Made by a program: the position numbers and the translations under genes. A stretch of DNA of 64,000 nt. It comes from Paramecium tetraurelia. Its lineage: Eukaryota. Shown in pieces: positions 44,337 to 56,893 of the stretch. The number at the start of each line of letters is the position of its first letter. Position 1 is the first letter of the stretch. Below the pieces are notes generated by a model. It was not told the origin of the DNA, did not search any database, and saw only the letters and a program-made list of their open reading frames with translations. The stretch spans positions 186,001 to 250,000 of the forward strand of contig CT868618.1 in the NCBI GenBank assembly GCA_000165425.1, read 5' to 3'.

Positions 44337-45498
44337 TCACCACTAAAAATTACTCTCATTTTAAATATGCTTAAATTGAGTCAAATGCATCTCCTATTCA
44401 TTTGATTATGTATTTTCCAATTATAATTTCTAAGCTATCATTATATCTTTTAATTTTGGTATCTAGGATAATATACATAAATTACTAAATCATTAGCTTT
44501 TTCAGTATTTTTTTATATTAGAATCTGTCCACCCCCATTCAGACATCCTAATGGACAAGCCATGATTTCAACGTATTTATATTTACATGTCTTTGTTTTG
44601 ATTTAAGAAATCAAATTTGCTATATTCTTTAAACCAAAAACACGAGCATAAATGCCTTATAATTACATATCTTCATTGTAAATTGTAATTTCAATAAAAT
44701 CTTTGTTCTTCCTTATGTTCTATTTGACAGTCCAATTAGGCTTCACAGAACTTTAGATAATATAATCTAAGTAGTTGTTTGATGAAATGTTATGATATTC
44801 TTAAAAATTGATCGCCATAGTTGAAAGTTGAGTTTATTGAGGAGTAATCTATGATTTCTGAATGTAATCCTTTATGTATTACTCAATCTCCCTTGTACTC
44901 AGAACAATATTGATGTCTTCGTTATTTTCTAGTCTGACAGCTTCTAGCTTTTTGTCATAACATGGCATTATCGTAGCAATGTAATCATGATTTTTCTTAA
45001 GGATTGCTCCAAAAATTTGTTATGGACTCTTTACTTTACTCATGTGATTAATTATAGATTCATCCAAGGTCTTTTCAGCATAACATACCCATCCTGGACA
45101 TTCTGAACAAAGTAATGGTGTTATTTTTGTTTATTTGAACTCTTAAATTGAGTTATTAATAGCTATTTTCATGTACTCACTCATGTCGTACAATTTAACA
45201 TTCAACTCTTAGAATAGTTAATGCAAAATCGAATGCATTTCTGAATCTGTAAAGTTTAGTACATGAGATAAGGAGGCTCTTGATTAAGGACTAATCCCAA
45301 TTGCAGGATTTTGATGTTTTTTAATTGCTTGCAAAAACTCATCAAGACTCTAGGTTTAAATTAAGATAGTTTCTGCAGTAGTAACACACCCACTACAAGC
45401 AAGACAATCTTGTAAAGAGACTTTAGCAACATTATTCTAATTTTTAATCAAATTAGGTAGTCACTAACTGAGGAAATTTTGATGGTGGAAGAAAACAT
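44337..45498 (-). CDS. NAR1: Cytosolic Fe-S assembly factor Nar1/CIAO3 (iron-hydrogenase-like); 5' end disrupted or unusually spliced
   Basis: VAKVSLQDCLACSGCVTTAETILI, CSECPGWVCYAEK, KSPQQIFG, IMPCYDKKLEA, YVEIMACPLGCLNGGGQ and a terminal Trp. A frame break follows MFSSTIKISSVSDY. Confidence 0.9.
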
Positions 45499-45575
45499 TG
45501 TTAATGATTTTATTAATTTATGTTCACCCATAGTGAGAAGAAATATAACTAATAATTAGATGGGTATAATTTCAT

Positions 45576-47610
45576 TCAGAAATTTTGCTAATTGGCTTTT
45601 TGATTCCTACAAATAGCTACAAACTAAATGATAGAATAATACCACATCCTAAAGCTTGTTCTTCTCCATTTGGCTTATGATCCATCTTGATAGGGCATTT
45701 ATCCTTGCCGGGACATTTAGGTAGTTTCTCTCTAGGGATTTTGGACACGTAATCTCCGTTACATTATCTCTTATGACAATCTTCACAAAAATGAGTTGTC
45801 CCCCTTTGAGAATATGATAAATTTAATTGTTTACCAGCAAAACCACACAGCAATTTAACAACAAAACTTGCATTTGAATTCTATATAATCTTTTCCATGA
45901 ACTTAACATGTTTCTCCAACTGGTACATCACAACAATTAGCACAAATTAATTCTTCGGGTTTATATTATTTATCCCCTTCATCCAACGCTCTTTGACAAT
46001 CTTTAGCACCTCCGAAATAAGGGTTCTTGCAATTGAAACATTGATAATAACAATAGATAGCCATAGCATACTCTTGGGGTTTCCCATAAAACAATTCACC
46101 TACTTTACTAACCTTTTCATCTTTATCCCTGCTTTCATATTTCAATCTATCGAATGATTTCTTCATGACATCTTAAAAGAGAGTATAATATTTATTGACT
46201 AGATCTTGTGGCAAGGATTGTTAGAATTCTAACCAAGTATTACAAAGAGGACACAAGCAGAACTTGAAAACAATTCTTGGTCCATTCCATTTCACATCTA
46301 GTCTCTTGAGAATACAAGTATAATGAAAGATCTATTATTAGAATACTCGATACATGTCCGCATTTTGATTGGATTACAGGGGCATTCTTTAAACCCTCTA
46401 CAAAACAAATATTACAATAGTCATCTCCTTTTTGATCTCCTTTACAGCAGTTCTCATTTAGACATGTTGAACATATCTATTCATTTATGAATCCTGGACA
46501 AGGATGTCTACATGGTAGTAATTTATTGCATGCAAATTAAGCCTTTTCTTAGCACTCCTTTTCTTAACAGATGTCCTACAAGGCTTCTGGTACATTAACT
46601 CGAACATTATGAATAGGTTAATCACAATATCTGCAACACCTAAATAAATGTTACAAATCATAATTACTTTGAAGACTTCTTAATCTTGTATTCTTCGCAA
46701 TTCATACCTAAATGATAGGGGATTGCTTTGCATTCTTTGCATTGTTCAGTTTTACAGGCTTAATTGAAACACATGAACCTATTATTCAAGTAATGATCCA
46801 CGTATTTTCTAAGATGATAAATACAATGTTAATACTATTGTAATTATTAATTTGTGACAGGATCTTTCAGAATTGAAATTGAACTGCCCTTCTCAAAAGC
46901 TCCACTTTCAGAACACGCCGTACATTTTACGATGTTGAATTGTCTTTCCAACATTATTTAGGAGTATTAGTCGTGTTTCTCTCTCCCAAGGATTTACTTA
47001 AATATTATATAAACATAAATACTATTAATTCTTGTTCTAACATTTGTTTTTTGCATAATTGGTTTGGACATTAAAATACTATATTTGTTTTATAGTCTTT
47101 TTCTATCTATTTCATCAGGCAGGGTCTGCAGATCGGTTAGAAACAATGCTCGAAATAAGTAATAATATCTGCATCGACATTTTTTGCGCAAACTTCACAT
47201 TTTTGTAGTTTTTGAAATTATTTGAAAGCTTGAAAAACATTTTCAGTATTTGCTGGTGCTTAGTTAGGTTTCTAACCAATTTGGCTAAAATTTTGTTTTT
47301 AAAATTGAAGTATAGGTCCATTGGAATGATCAAAGGATTTCGATATTGATGAGCTTATAAGGCGAATAGCGGGTGGGTTTAATAAGCTATCTACTCTTTC
47401 AATAAAAATTAGGAACTCACTTTTTAAGGCGATTAGGTGATGCTTTTGCATTTATTCAAGCTAAATTTAATGAAATGTTTAGAAGAATGGCGATTATTGT
47501 TTATAATTTGGGCAATTCTTGATGTGATCTACCATACTTTGTTGATTTAGTTGAATTATTTGTTTGCAGAAACAATTGAAAGTCGTCTGATCTAACAAAA
47601 CTGGGATCAT
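45576..47610 (-). CDS. E3 ubiquitin ligase: RING1/IBR-like N-half fused to MYCBP2-type RING-Cys-Relay C-terminal module
   Basis: CEVC..CRPC..CPNQLC; CKECKAIPYHLGMNCEEY; DDYCNICFVEGL...[80 protein letters not shown]. Start approximate. Confidence 0.88.
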
Positions 47611-47864
47611 ATTTTTGTTGAAGATTATAAAAAATAATTAATAGGAAAATCATAAATAATCTCTATCCTTTTAGATATAATCATTTGCAATGGGAATTAG
47701 AAGAAAGCCCAATTATTTGAAATTCTATTAAAAGCAAAAAAAGGCTCGAAAGGTCTAAATCTGAGGATACATGGAATGCCCATATTACAGATTATTAATA
47801 TTGTACAAAAACAAATCAGGCAATAAACTATAAATAATTAATTGTTTAAAACTGTTATCGTAAA

Positions 47865-50315
47865 TCAATTAAATATTTATATCATATTCTAGTTTTCCAC
47901 TCCAAAAAATAGGCATTCAAATAAATCATTGTAAAAGGTTGGAGTGTATTTACATGCTCTTGTGCAATCAGGAGAAAAGGTCATTTCTAATAATTTTGGT
48001 TAGAATCCATTGCTATCAATCATCAAATCCATTCCGTAAACACTTCTATTCTAATAAATGATCAATCACTCTTTTACCTTTGTGTAATTAGCCATATCCG
48101 GCTAATGAGTTCTCAAAGCAATGAATAACTGTCTAACCATCTCTTAAATTGACTCATATTATTTTTCCCATGTATGTGGATAGTATTCCTTATTGAATTC
48201 CTCTATAAATTCTTGCATAAAAACTTATGTTAATTTATGACCATAATTCATAACAGTAAAATGAGTTTCGTATATGGATAATGTACTAAAATATGATATA
48301 ATTAATTACTTGACATCTTCAGTATATGGATTATTAGAAATTCTGATCCAAAATGTTTTATATAAGTAAACACTCAAGGGTTCAATGGATTTTAGAGCAA
48401 CTATGAATCTCAAATCAAATTTTCTATTTCTCAATGTTAGAGGTCTTTCAATATATTTTTGAGCTAATTTAGGTCCTGTTTCAATCAGCCTTAGTACGAC
48501 ATCTAAATTATTTGTCACTACCATATCCATAGATCTAGCCATATTAGGAGGCTTGATAATCCATAGGTTGTTAAGATGTTGGAGTTCTCTAGTTTTATAT
48601 GCTCCCATGAATAAGGGTAATTGGGTTTGCAAATTAAATGTTTCCTATAGCCAAGGTACATCCCCATAAGTACTTTAGATTGTATTGGCTAATTTCTCTT
48701 TAGAGATGATGGCATATTCATGAGGATATTGATTAATAAATTTGTCAGCATACTTTTCATTAATGTCATCATGGACACCAGCACTAAAGAATACTAAATT
48801 GGCTTCATCCAAGTCCAAAGTAAAGGATACGTATGGCAAAGTAAGATTTTTGGTGACCATTTCTAAATCTGTTATGACTTTGACATTCTCCTTAGGCAAA
48901 TATTCAATAGGTTTAGCTATTACATCAGGCTGAGCGATCTTTAAATTGTGTAATTTGGTTTTGTATTCATTATAACCATTTAAGATAAAGTCGTAAGGAA
49001 TATCAAACCAAACATTCAATCTATAAGAACGGAATTTGGCTTCATCAACCCCTGGTAAGTAATCTCTAAAAATTGGCTATTCATGAATATCTTTAATTGG
49101 GAATATAATACTATAGGCAACAGCATCGTCATCTATTTTACCATTTGGTAAATACAAAAATGGCACTACACTTACATTAGGTGTATCTGAATGTTAAATG
49201 CTTGATCCCAATTCATCCATTAAATACCATACTGCAGATTCATCCATTTAGTCAGTTGTTAATAATCTATAATTGCCTGTCAATTTAAATAGATTTTGCT
49301 TGATTAATTAAATATCATTTTGTTCTTCCTTAGCTGGTGTATATGATTCATATCTAATATCTCTCTGGTTTACTAATCGTAAATATGGAGACACTGCGTT
49401 TAATTTATTGGTTTTGTGTAACTCATAAAGTACATCTTCAACTTCCAAATCACATGTCAAATATTCTACATTTGGTAGTAGACTGAAAAAGGCATTAACA
49501 TCCTCTAAATCATTTAATTTAGTATTCTTGATATCCAAGACTCGTAATTTAGGGAACCAATTTGCAATCTACTTGACAGATTTCATTCTCAATACATTTC
49601 TGCCTGAGAGATTCAAATAGTTAAGTGGTTCTTAACTGCTTGCCTTTTTGGTGTCAAAATCAGCTGTAACATACCTTATTACCCATTCAGTTGCATTTGA
49701 TGTAAATGACAAATCCACTAGTTCTACTTGTGGACATTGTGCTTCAATATTTTATAGTAATTGTTCTTTGTCCTCTGCAACTGGATTGCCATTTAACCAT
49801 ATTGCCTTAATTTATTTATGATTATTGAGAAAGTGGATGACTTCTTCTATTTAAGCTATTTGATTTCCAAAGAAACTTATTGCGAATGTATCTTCTTTTG
49901 GTTTAACATCCTTCAATGTTTCTAATGCCATTTCATCAAAGTCTTCAGTATGATAATACACCTTATCTATTTTGAATAATGGCTATTTTTTATTCTAATA
50001 TTTAAGCATATTCTTCAGTCTGTCGACTTATTTAATTGCTGTATGTAGTTCAGTGTATCTGAAACTCAAAGCATGATCAATCAAGAACACTTGTTCATAT
50101 GCTTTCAATGGCTTCGTGCATTACAACACATATGATTCCTGTTCTTGATCATCGACTATCTTAAAATATTCTCCTGCATCATATATTTTATTTTCCAATT
50201 TAGTTTTCAGTTATTCTAATAACTCAACTTTAGGTGGGAAATTGATTCCTGCCAATTAGACTCCATGATTATTGTAAAACACTTCTAGTTCTCCTGTTAA
50301 ATTCTAGAAATTCAT
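47865..50315 (-). CDS. TTLL12: Tubulin-tyrosine ligase-like 12 with LRR insertion
   Basis: VFLIDHALSF; WYLMDEFGSSIQHSDTPN (SET-like); WIIKPPNMARS...GPKLAQKYIERP; KFDLRFIV; LEMTFSPDC. LRR-like segments (ISFFGNQI, IWLNGNP, LNLSGRNV). Confidence 0.9.
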
Positions 50316-50372
50316 AAATTAATTTTTAATCTGAAATAATTTTTAAGAAATTCATAATATAAATTAAGAAAG

Positions 50373-51113
50373 TCAAACTATTTCTTAGATAGATAACAAT
50401 TTGCCGCCGTGACAAAATGTTGATCGAATGTTTTTTACTATTGAATGAAATGAGTTTGTTGATTCCTTCTTGTATTAATGCTTTTTAAGCAATTCATAAG
50501 TTGTTATTCCTGCAATAATCAAATAAGTGTGGAATATGAGCATCCCCCCTGCAAACATCAAAAATAAGAACATTATCACAAATATCACAATGAAAGCTCC
50601 GTATTCTTGTCCGTATCTCTTTTTGTCCTTTTCATAATAGTCATAATTAGACAAACCATCCTAACAAAACCATAACAACATTATCAAAGCAACAGTCTAA
50701 ACAAGCAAGAATAACCAAAATGATCGTTGATTCAATTCCCCAACACATCCACCTATCCAAAAACAATGATGATCATATTTTGCAACGCATCTTTTGCAAA
50801 CCTTACAATGCTTTGCTCTATTGGGTATATTAAATTTGCATATTTTACAATATCGTTTATTCAGTTCCTATTCCACTATTTACATTTCAACATCCTCTTC
50901 ATTTGTACTTACTATATATCCAGGGTTATTTCCCACCGTAACAAATAAATAGTTGGAATAAAATACTAATATTACAAATGATATCTATAGCACATCAAAA
51001 GGATTTTACATAAAAGCATTCTGCTTGTAAACTATCAAGACTGTCCAACATATGAGATGCATCGTAAAATAAAATAATCTTGACATAAGTGAGGCATCAA
51101 ACTCATTATTCAT
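50373..51113 (-). CDS. DHHC palmitoyl acyltransferase
   Basis: PNRAKHCKVCKRCVAKYDHHCFWIGGCVGELN, transmembrane segments, GITTYE (TTxE motif). Confidence 0.92.
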
Positions 51114-51299
51114 ATTAATTTATTTGTTCAATAAATATTAGTAATAATTATGAGCATTAATAAGTGAATTCCACTTTGCATATAAGGTTTAATTTATACA
51201 TTAAAATCATAATTAGAATAATTTGAATTGCTCTTCATTGTTTGATCAGTATTGTTAAACCCTAATTTAGGGTTATTTTAATGATATTATAGATAAATG

Positions 51300-51772
51300 T
51301 AAAATATTCACAATTCCTTCCATTTTTAAGTTACCATTACATCGTGATCAATATACGGTTTTATTTACTTAGCTTTGGTCCTTAGAGGTTCTAAATTCAT
51401 TTTCAGAGTTAATATTTTGGACTCATTTACTGATTTATTGGACATAGGAATATATTTTATTGATCTTTCAAGTAATTTTGCTTATTGTTGTTGTTCCTCA
51501 ATGAAGGATTATGCTCGATACCTTTGATTGAGAGCTTAATATAAATGAACTTTCCTTTTGGCCTTTTGGTATTCTTTTTCTCTTTGGCGAAACTCTTTCT
51601 CTCTTTCTTCTTGGTAATCTCTTAATTTTGATAAATTCTCTGCAATTTATATTCTTCGATCTAATAGAATATCTTATAGATCAAACGAAGATTGAGACAT
51701 CGATTTCGAAGGGTTCCTATAGAGAGAATTTTATTGTCTTTTGTAATTTGATTTACTATTAATGGAAAGCAT
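51300..51772 (-). CDS. Small hypothetical charged protein
   Basis: ATG 51772 (MLSINSKSNYKR...), K/E/R-rich frame. 3' end uncertain. Confidence 0.4.
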
Positions 51773-51897
51773 AAAAGTTTATTTTTTTAATATCAAATGG
51801 TTTTATTATTCTTAGTTTTATTTGGATATATAGATTTGGAGATGGTTCAGGCTTTAGAATTATCAAATTGAGTTTATTATTATTTATATAATAATAT

Positions 51898-53026
51898 ATG
51901 AAGAAAGGTCTGAGTAATTTGATTCCAAATAGTTTGGTGAAGAAGTATTCATTCAGACCACCCAATCCACCTTAATATACATTTGAGTTTAGGGATGGGA
52001 AATACTAGTTTTATCCAATTATAAAGGGAGTGAAGAAACAAATTTTCAGTTATTACTTACTCATAGATTCATACATACTAAAGAATGATCAACTATATGT
52101 TCCTTTGATTCACATATCAGGGTATTTGTAGATGCAAACGTAGATTGTAGAATGCGAAATCTGAGAAATCCTAATCAAAGGAATGCTTACTTAATTTAAA
52201 GTCCTTTTAGTAAGAGACAGAGAAATAACCCCAAAGGTACAGAACCCTAATCATATTTTCCCACGCAAATGCGAGTGATTTAGGAGATGTGTACTTTTTT
52301 GCTGAAAGAATAAGCATTGAATATGGGGTAGATATCATTGCATACGATTATACTGGTTATGGAATAGGTTTTGGATAATATAAAATTAGCGAAGAGCAAA
52401 CGTATGAGGATTTGCAAAGTGTATTATCCTTTGCGATTAATAGATTAAATTATTCTCTGAATCAGATTATATTATGGGGTTTCTCGTTGGGTTCAGGTCC
52501 TGCCACAGAAATAGCCACACGTTTTGGGGGATTGGCAGGGCTGATATTGCAGGCACCAATTGCATCTATATATAATTGGTTTGGCGAAGGGGATTATGGG
52601 GAATAGGACATTTATGTTAATTATAAGAAAATCCAATATGTTCGTAGCAATATATTGATAATTCACGGGGATTCAGACAAGATAGTCGGTCATGAACAGA
52701 GCGAGAGGTTGTACAATAAATATTTGCAATATAATGCAAGAGGGAAGATTCAATTTGCATTGGTGAAGGGAGCTGGGCATAATGATTTATAGTTCCATAT
52801 TGAGAAAGGGGATAACTAATTGGGAGTTTAGATACATAATATGTTGAGACAAAAAGGTGTGGGGTTTAATGAGAAAGAATATACATTGTTGAATTTGTGT
52901 TATGTTAAGGAACATGTTCCTGGACAATATATGTACTAATACAATTCGTTGAAAAAGTTTACAAGTTCCGATGAAATTCAGAGAAAGAAAGCTGATGGGT
53001 TGTTCTTTTTATGTACTTGCGATTGA
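51898..53026 (+). CDS. ABHD17-like alpha/beta hydrolase (candidate depalmitoylase)
   Basis: KYSFRPPNPP, IIFSHANASDLG, AYDYTGYG, WGFSLGSGP (nucleophile Ser), IIHGDSDKIV, VKGAGHND. Confidence 0.88.
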
Positions 53027-53081
53027 TTTTATTTATTCTTGTTTTCTATGTATTAATTTCATATTTATTATTTGAATAATA

Positions 53082-55658
53082 ATGGAAACAGTGACTTTTG
53101 GAGGTGACAACCCTTAACCACGGTTTGGACACACAATTTGTATGATAGCTCCTAACAAAATTGCACTTTTCGGAGGTAGAATATTGTATAGAGGAAGGTG
53201 CTGTTGGGGATACTGGAAAATATATTATAACAGGAGATGTTTATATAGGGGATGTTACTTAGAGAAAATGGAAGAGAATAGAAGCAAGTGGAAGTGTTCC
53301 AACGAATAGAGCAGCGCATTAGGCATTGGCCATTGAATTGAATTAAATGATCATATTTGGAGGAGCAGTGGGAGGTGGTGGTTTAGCAGATGATAATTTG
53401 TTTGTTTTTGAATTGCGTGATGAAACTGGTACCTGGGTTACTGTGCCTGTCATTGGAACTACTCCAGGTAGAAGGTACGGTCACACAATGGTTCTCATAA
53501 AACCATATCTAATTGTTTTTGGAGGAAATACAGGATAAGAACCTGTTAATGATGCTTGGAGTTTCAACTTGGAAAAATCGCCTTATTCATGGTCTAAACT
53601 GGAATGCCCATCCGAATAGCCATGTGTGAGAGTCTATCATTCAGCTGCCCACTGTAATACGGGATCAGCAAATGGAATGATGGTAACATTCGGAGGCAGG
53701 ACAAGTGATTAGAGTGCTTTGAATGATGCTTGGGGATTGAGAAGACACAGAGATGGTAGATGGGATTGGGTCAGAGCTCCTTATAAAAACTAAAATGAAA
53801 TACCAGCCCAAAGATATTAGCATTCAACACTATTTTTAGGAACATTGATGTTGGTAATAGGCGGTAGATCAAATCAAGTGGGGGACACTCTTCCATTTGA
53901 AATATATGATACTGAAACATCTGAATGGTATAAATTCCAATCAATCCAGAGATTCAGACATTCATCATGGTTGGTTGATTAATTTCTATATTTACACGGT
54001 GGTTTTGATTCCGATCAACCAAATATTCCCACCGAAGGCATCTTGAGATTGGATCTTAACAAAAGATTTGCATAAACTCCATAATTGTTAAGGTAATTGA
54101 ATACTATAAGAAATGATAATACTTTCATGGAATCATTTAATCCTAGAGCCCCTCCAAATTCAAGCAATAATAATACTCAAGATCAATTTAGAAGAACTAA
54201 TCAATAAGCTCAATAAAGAAGTATAGTTTATATAATTTATTCTAGATTAATAAACATAATAACAAGTGAGGGTTTCATCTGCTAACAACAAGAACATTAG
54301 ATTAGCAAATTAAGCCTTGGTTGCCATGGTATATGGTCCTGAAGAAGACATAACCAATTAAGTTAAGAAGGTTCCTATTGATAAATTGTAAGATGAACAC
54401 AGAAAATTGGGTGCAGGTTTCCAAGATCCTAATTCGCAGAATAAATCTCAATTTGTTGAATAAATGCTCGCTCCCTTTATTTAAAATTTATTATTGCCCA
54501 AAGATTACCAATCCATTCCTCCAAATTCAAATCTAATGACAGGCATTAGAAAGGACTCAATTATCAAATTATGTGATGAAGTTTAGAGAATTCTTGAAAA
54601 AGAACCTATTGTCTTGAGATTAAGAAGACCAATCAAAATATATGGAAATTTAAATGGATAATATCTAGATCTCATGAGATTCTTTGATCATTTCAAAGCT
54701 CCTTATGATAATCTTTATAATGGTGACATTGACTCTTAAGATTATTTATTTTTGGGAGACTACATTGACAGAGGCACAAGATCTCTTGAGATTATTCTAC
54801 TCTTATTCACTCTCAAGGTAAAGTATGGAGATTAGATTCACTTATTAAGAGGACATCATGAAGATCCTAAAATTAATAAGATCTTTGGATTTGCTGACGA
54901 ATGCTATTTAAAATATGCAGAAGATATCAATGACCCTAATAGCATCTATCAAAGAATCAACAGAGTATTTCAATACATGCCATTGGCTGCAGTCATTGAA
55001 GATAAAATATTTTGTGTTCATGGTGGAATTGGATAAACTATACGCACCATTGATGAAATTGAACTCATTCAAAAACCTCTCCAAATTATTCACGATCCTG
55101 TTACAGTAAAGTATTTGCAATATTAACTTAGTATCAATAAAAGATTGCTTTAGAATTGTTATGGTCTGATCCCTGTTTAAATGAGGATGAATTGGAAAAC
55201 ATGCCAAATGTTGAACATGATCTTTTTTAAAATAAATCTATAATTAGATTCGGGAATAATAGAATCAACAATTTCCTTTAAGAAAACAATTTAAATATGA
55301 TAATAAGATCTCACGAACCGACTAATGAAGGATTCGAAAGACTAAACACTAATGTGATCACTGTATTTTCTTGTAGTGATTATGGCAATTGTGGCAATAA
55401 AGGAGGTATTTGAATTGATAATAACATTATTTTCTAGCCATTCTCTCTATTACAAAGCGAGGAGATATAATACCAAAAGTCATTCCAACTGCAAATCTTA
55501 TAAATGAGGCTAGGTGGTTGAATTTAGAGGAAGCTGCTTAAAGAGCTTAAGGTTTTGCCAAATACGTAGATATCAATAATGATGAATTACAATACAGAAG
55601 AAGACCGTTTACTCCATCAAGATAGAAAAAAATTGGATCCCAAAAATAATTCAAATGA
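53082..55658 (+). CDS. PPKL: Kelch-repeat Ser/Thr phosphatase (PPKL/BSU1 family), degenerate active site
   Basis: Kelch repeats ([28 protein letters not shown]); PPP domain with GNLNG, GDYIDRG, RGHHE, HGG, LLWSDP, RSHE. Confidence 0.92.
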
Positions 55659-55930
55659 AATAATTCAAGTTATTAGATTAAAACCTTTTATTTAGTATTT
55701 TGCAATTTATTTATTTGCAATCTTATTTTATTTCATTTCAAATCAGCTCCCAAAACTGTTGATATTTTTATAGTTCTTTTTATACCATATAATCTCAAAT
55801 TTAGATCGTTAATTTTGTGAAACCGCTAAAATCTAATAGTTTCTTATGATACTACAAATCTGTCTTCAACTAAATTATGATATTAGCTTTCTACATAATA
55901 CTTAATTGTTATAGTTAGACATTATTAAAA

Positions 55931-56893
55931 ATGTTTGATTAATAAATTAAATCTCTCCAATGTGCAGCATTAGAAACACAAGCCTATTATGATGTGTATT
56001 GGCAAATACCTTAAAAGTAAGCTGCTGCCTATAATATGCTTCTCGATAAATTCTAGAGCCTTAATACACATATTTAAGCTGATTTCAATTAGATTCAACT
56101 GCATCCATAAATAATGGAGATCTTAAACTATTTCAATCAAACTTAAACATCTGTTATTCCAAAAATAAAAGAGACTACTCAAGTTCTATTTTTAAGCCCA
56201 CCTTCAGAAGATCCTAAATAACATTACATTAAATCTATTGAAAGATTGTGGTCTCTATTATTAAATAAGAACCTTTAAGAAGATTTGTGTTATTTTGAGG
56301 CTGAAAAGCAAGTATTTTAGAATCTGAATAACTTTTTGTAATGTAAAGGCTTAAAACAAGTGTTCTTAGAACCTTGTACAATTCCTGTTCTTAACAACTA
56401 CCCCAAATGGTTTAGTCAAAGGTTAATTAAAATACTTCAATCGTATTAAGGAGGATACCTACAAATTGCAGATATTGATTATCTTGCAGAACTTCAGATT
56501 ATATTCATTCACTAAAACTTGAAAAACAAATTTTCTTAGTTAAAATTAAAAAATAGCAATAGAAGTAAAAATGAACCAAATACACAGTCACAATCTAACG
56601 GACCTAATGCTCGTGATTCTGAATTGGATATTCAGTAAACTTAATCTCAATAGATATTCTTATCAGCATAATCCAAGCATAGGACTAAAAACCCTCTTGT
56701 TTCAAATTGGTTTCATTTCAAGACCTACTCAAATCTCAGATCCAAAGATACTCGCGCTTTAATAAGGAATCATAAAGCAATATCAAGTTCTTAAGTAGAT
56801 TTACAGACTCCCTTTAGTCCTTAAAAGTAGAGTCCCTTTAATTTAAAGGCTAATGTAAATCGCAGATGGTTTGAGCATTATTATTAAAAATGA
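55931..56893 (+). CDS. Hypothetical protein (320 aa, intronless)
   Basis: Continuous ciliate-code frame MFDQQIKSLQ...RRWFEHYYQK, ending at TGA 56891-56893. Confidence 0.65.

Noticed and set aside
56422..56450. GT..AG segment resembling a 29-nt intron
   Set aside because: Splicing it creates an immediate TGA, while the unspliced frame stays open.
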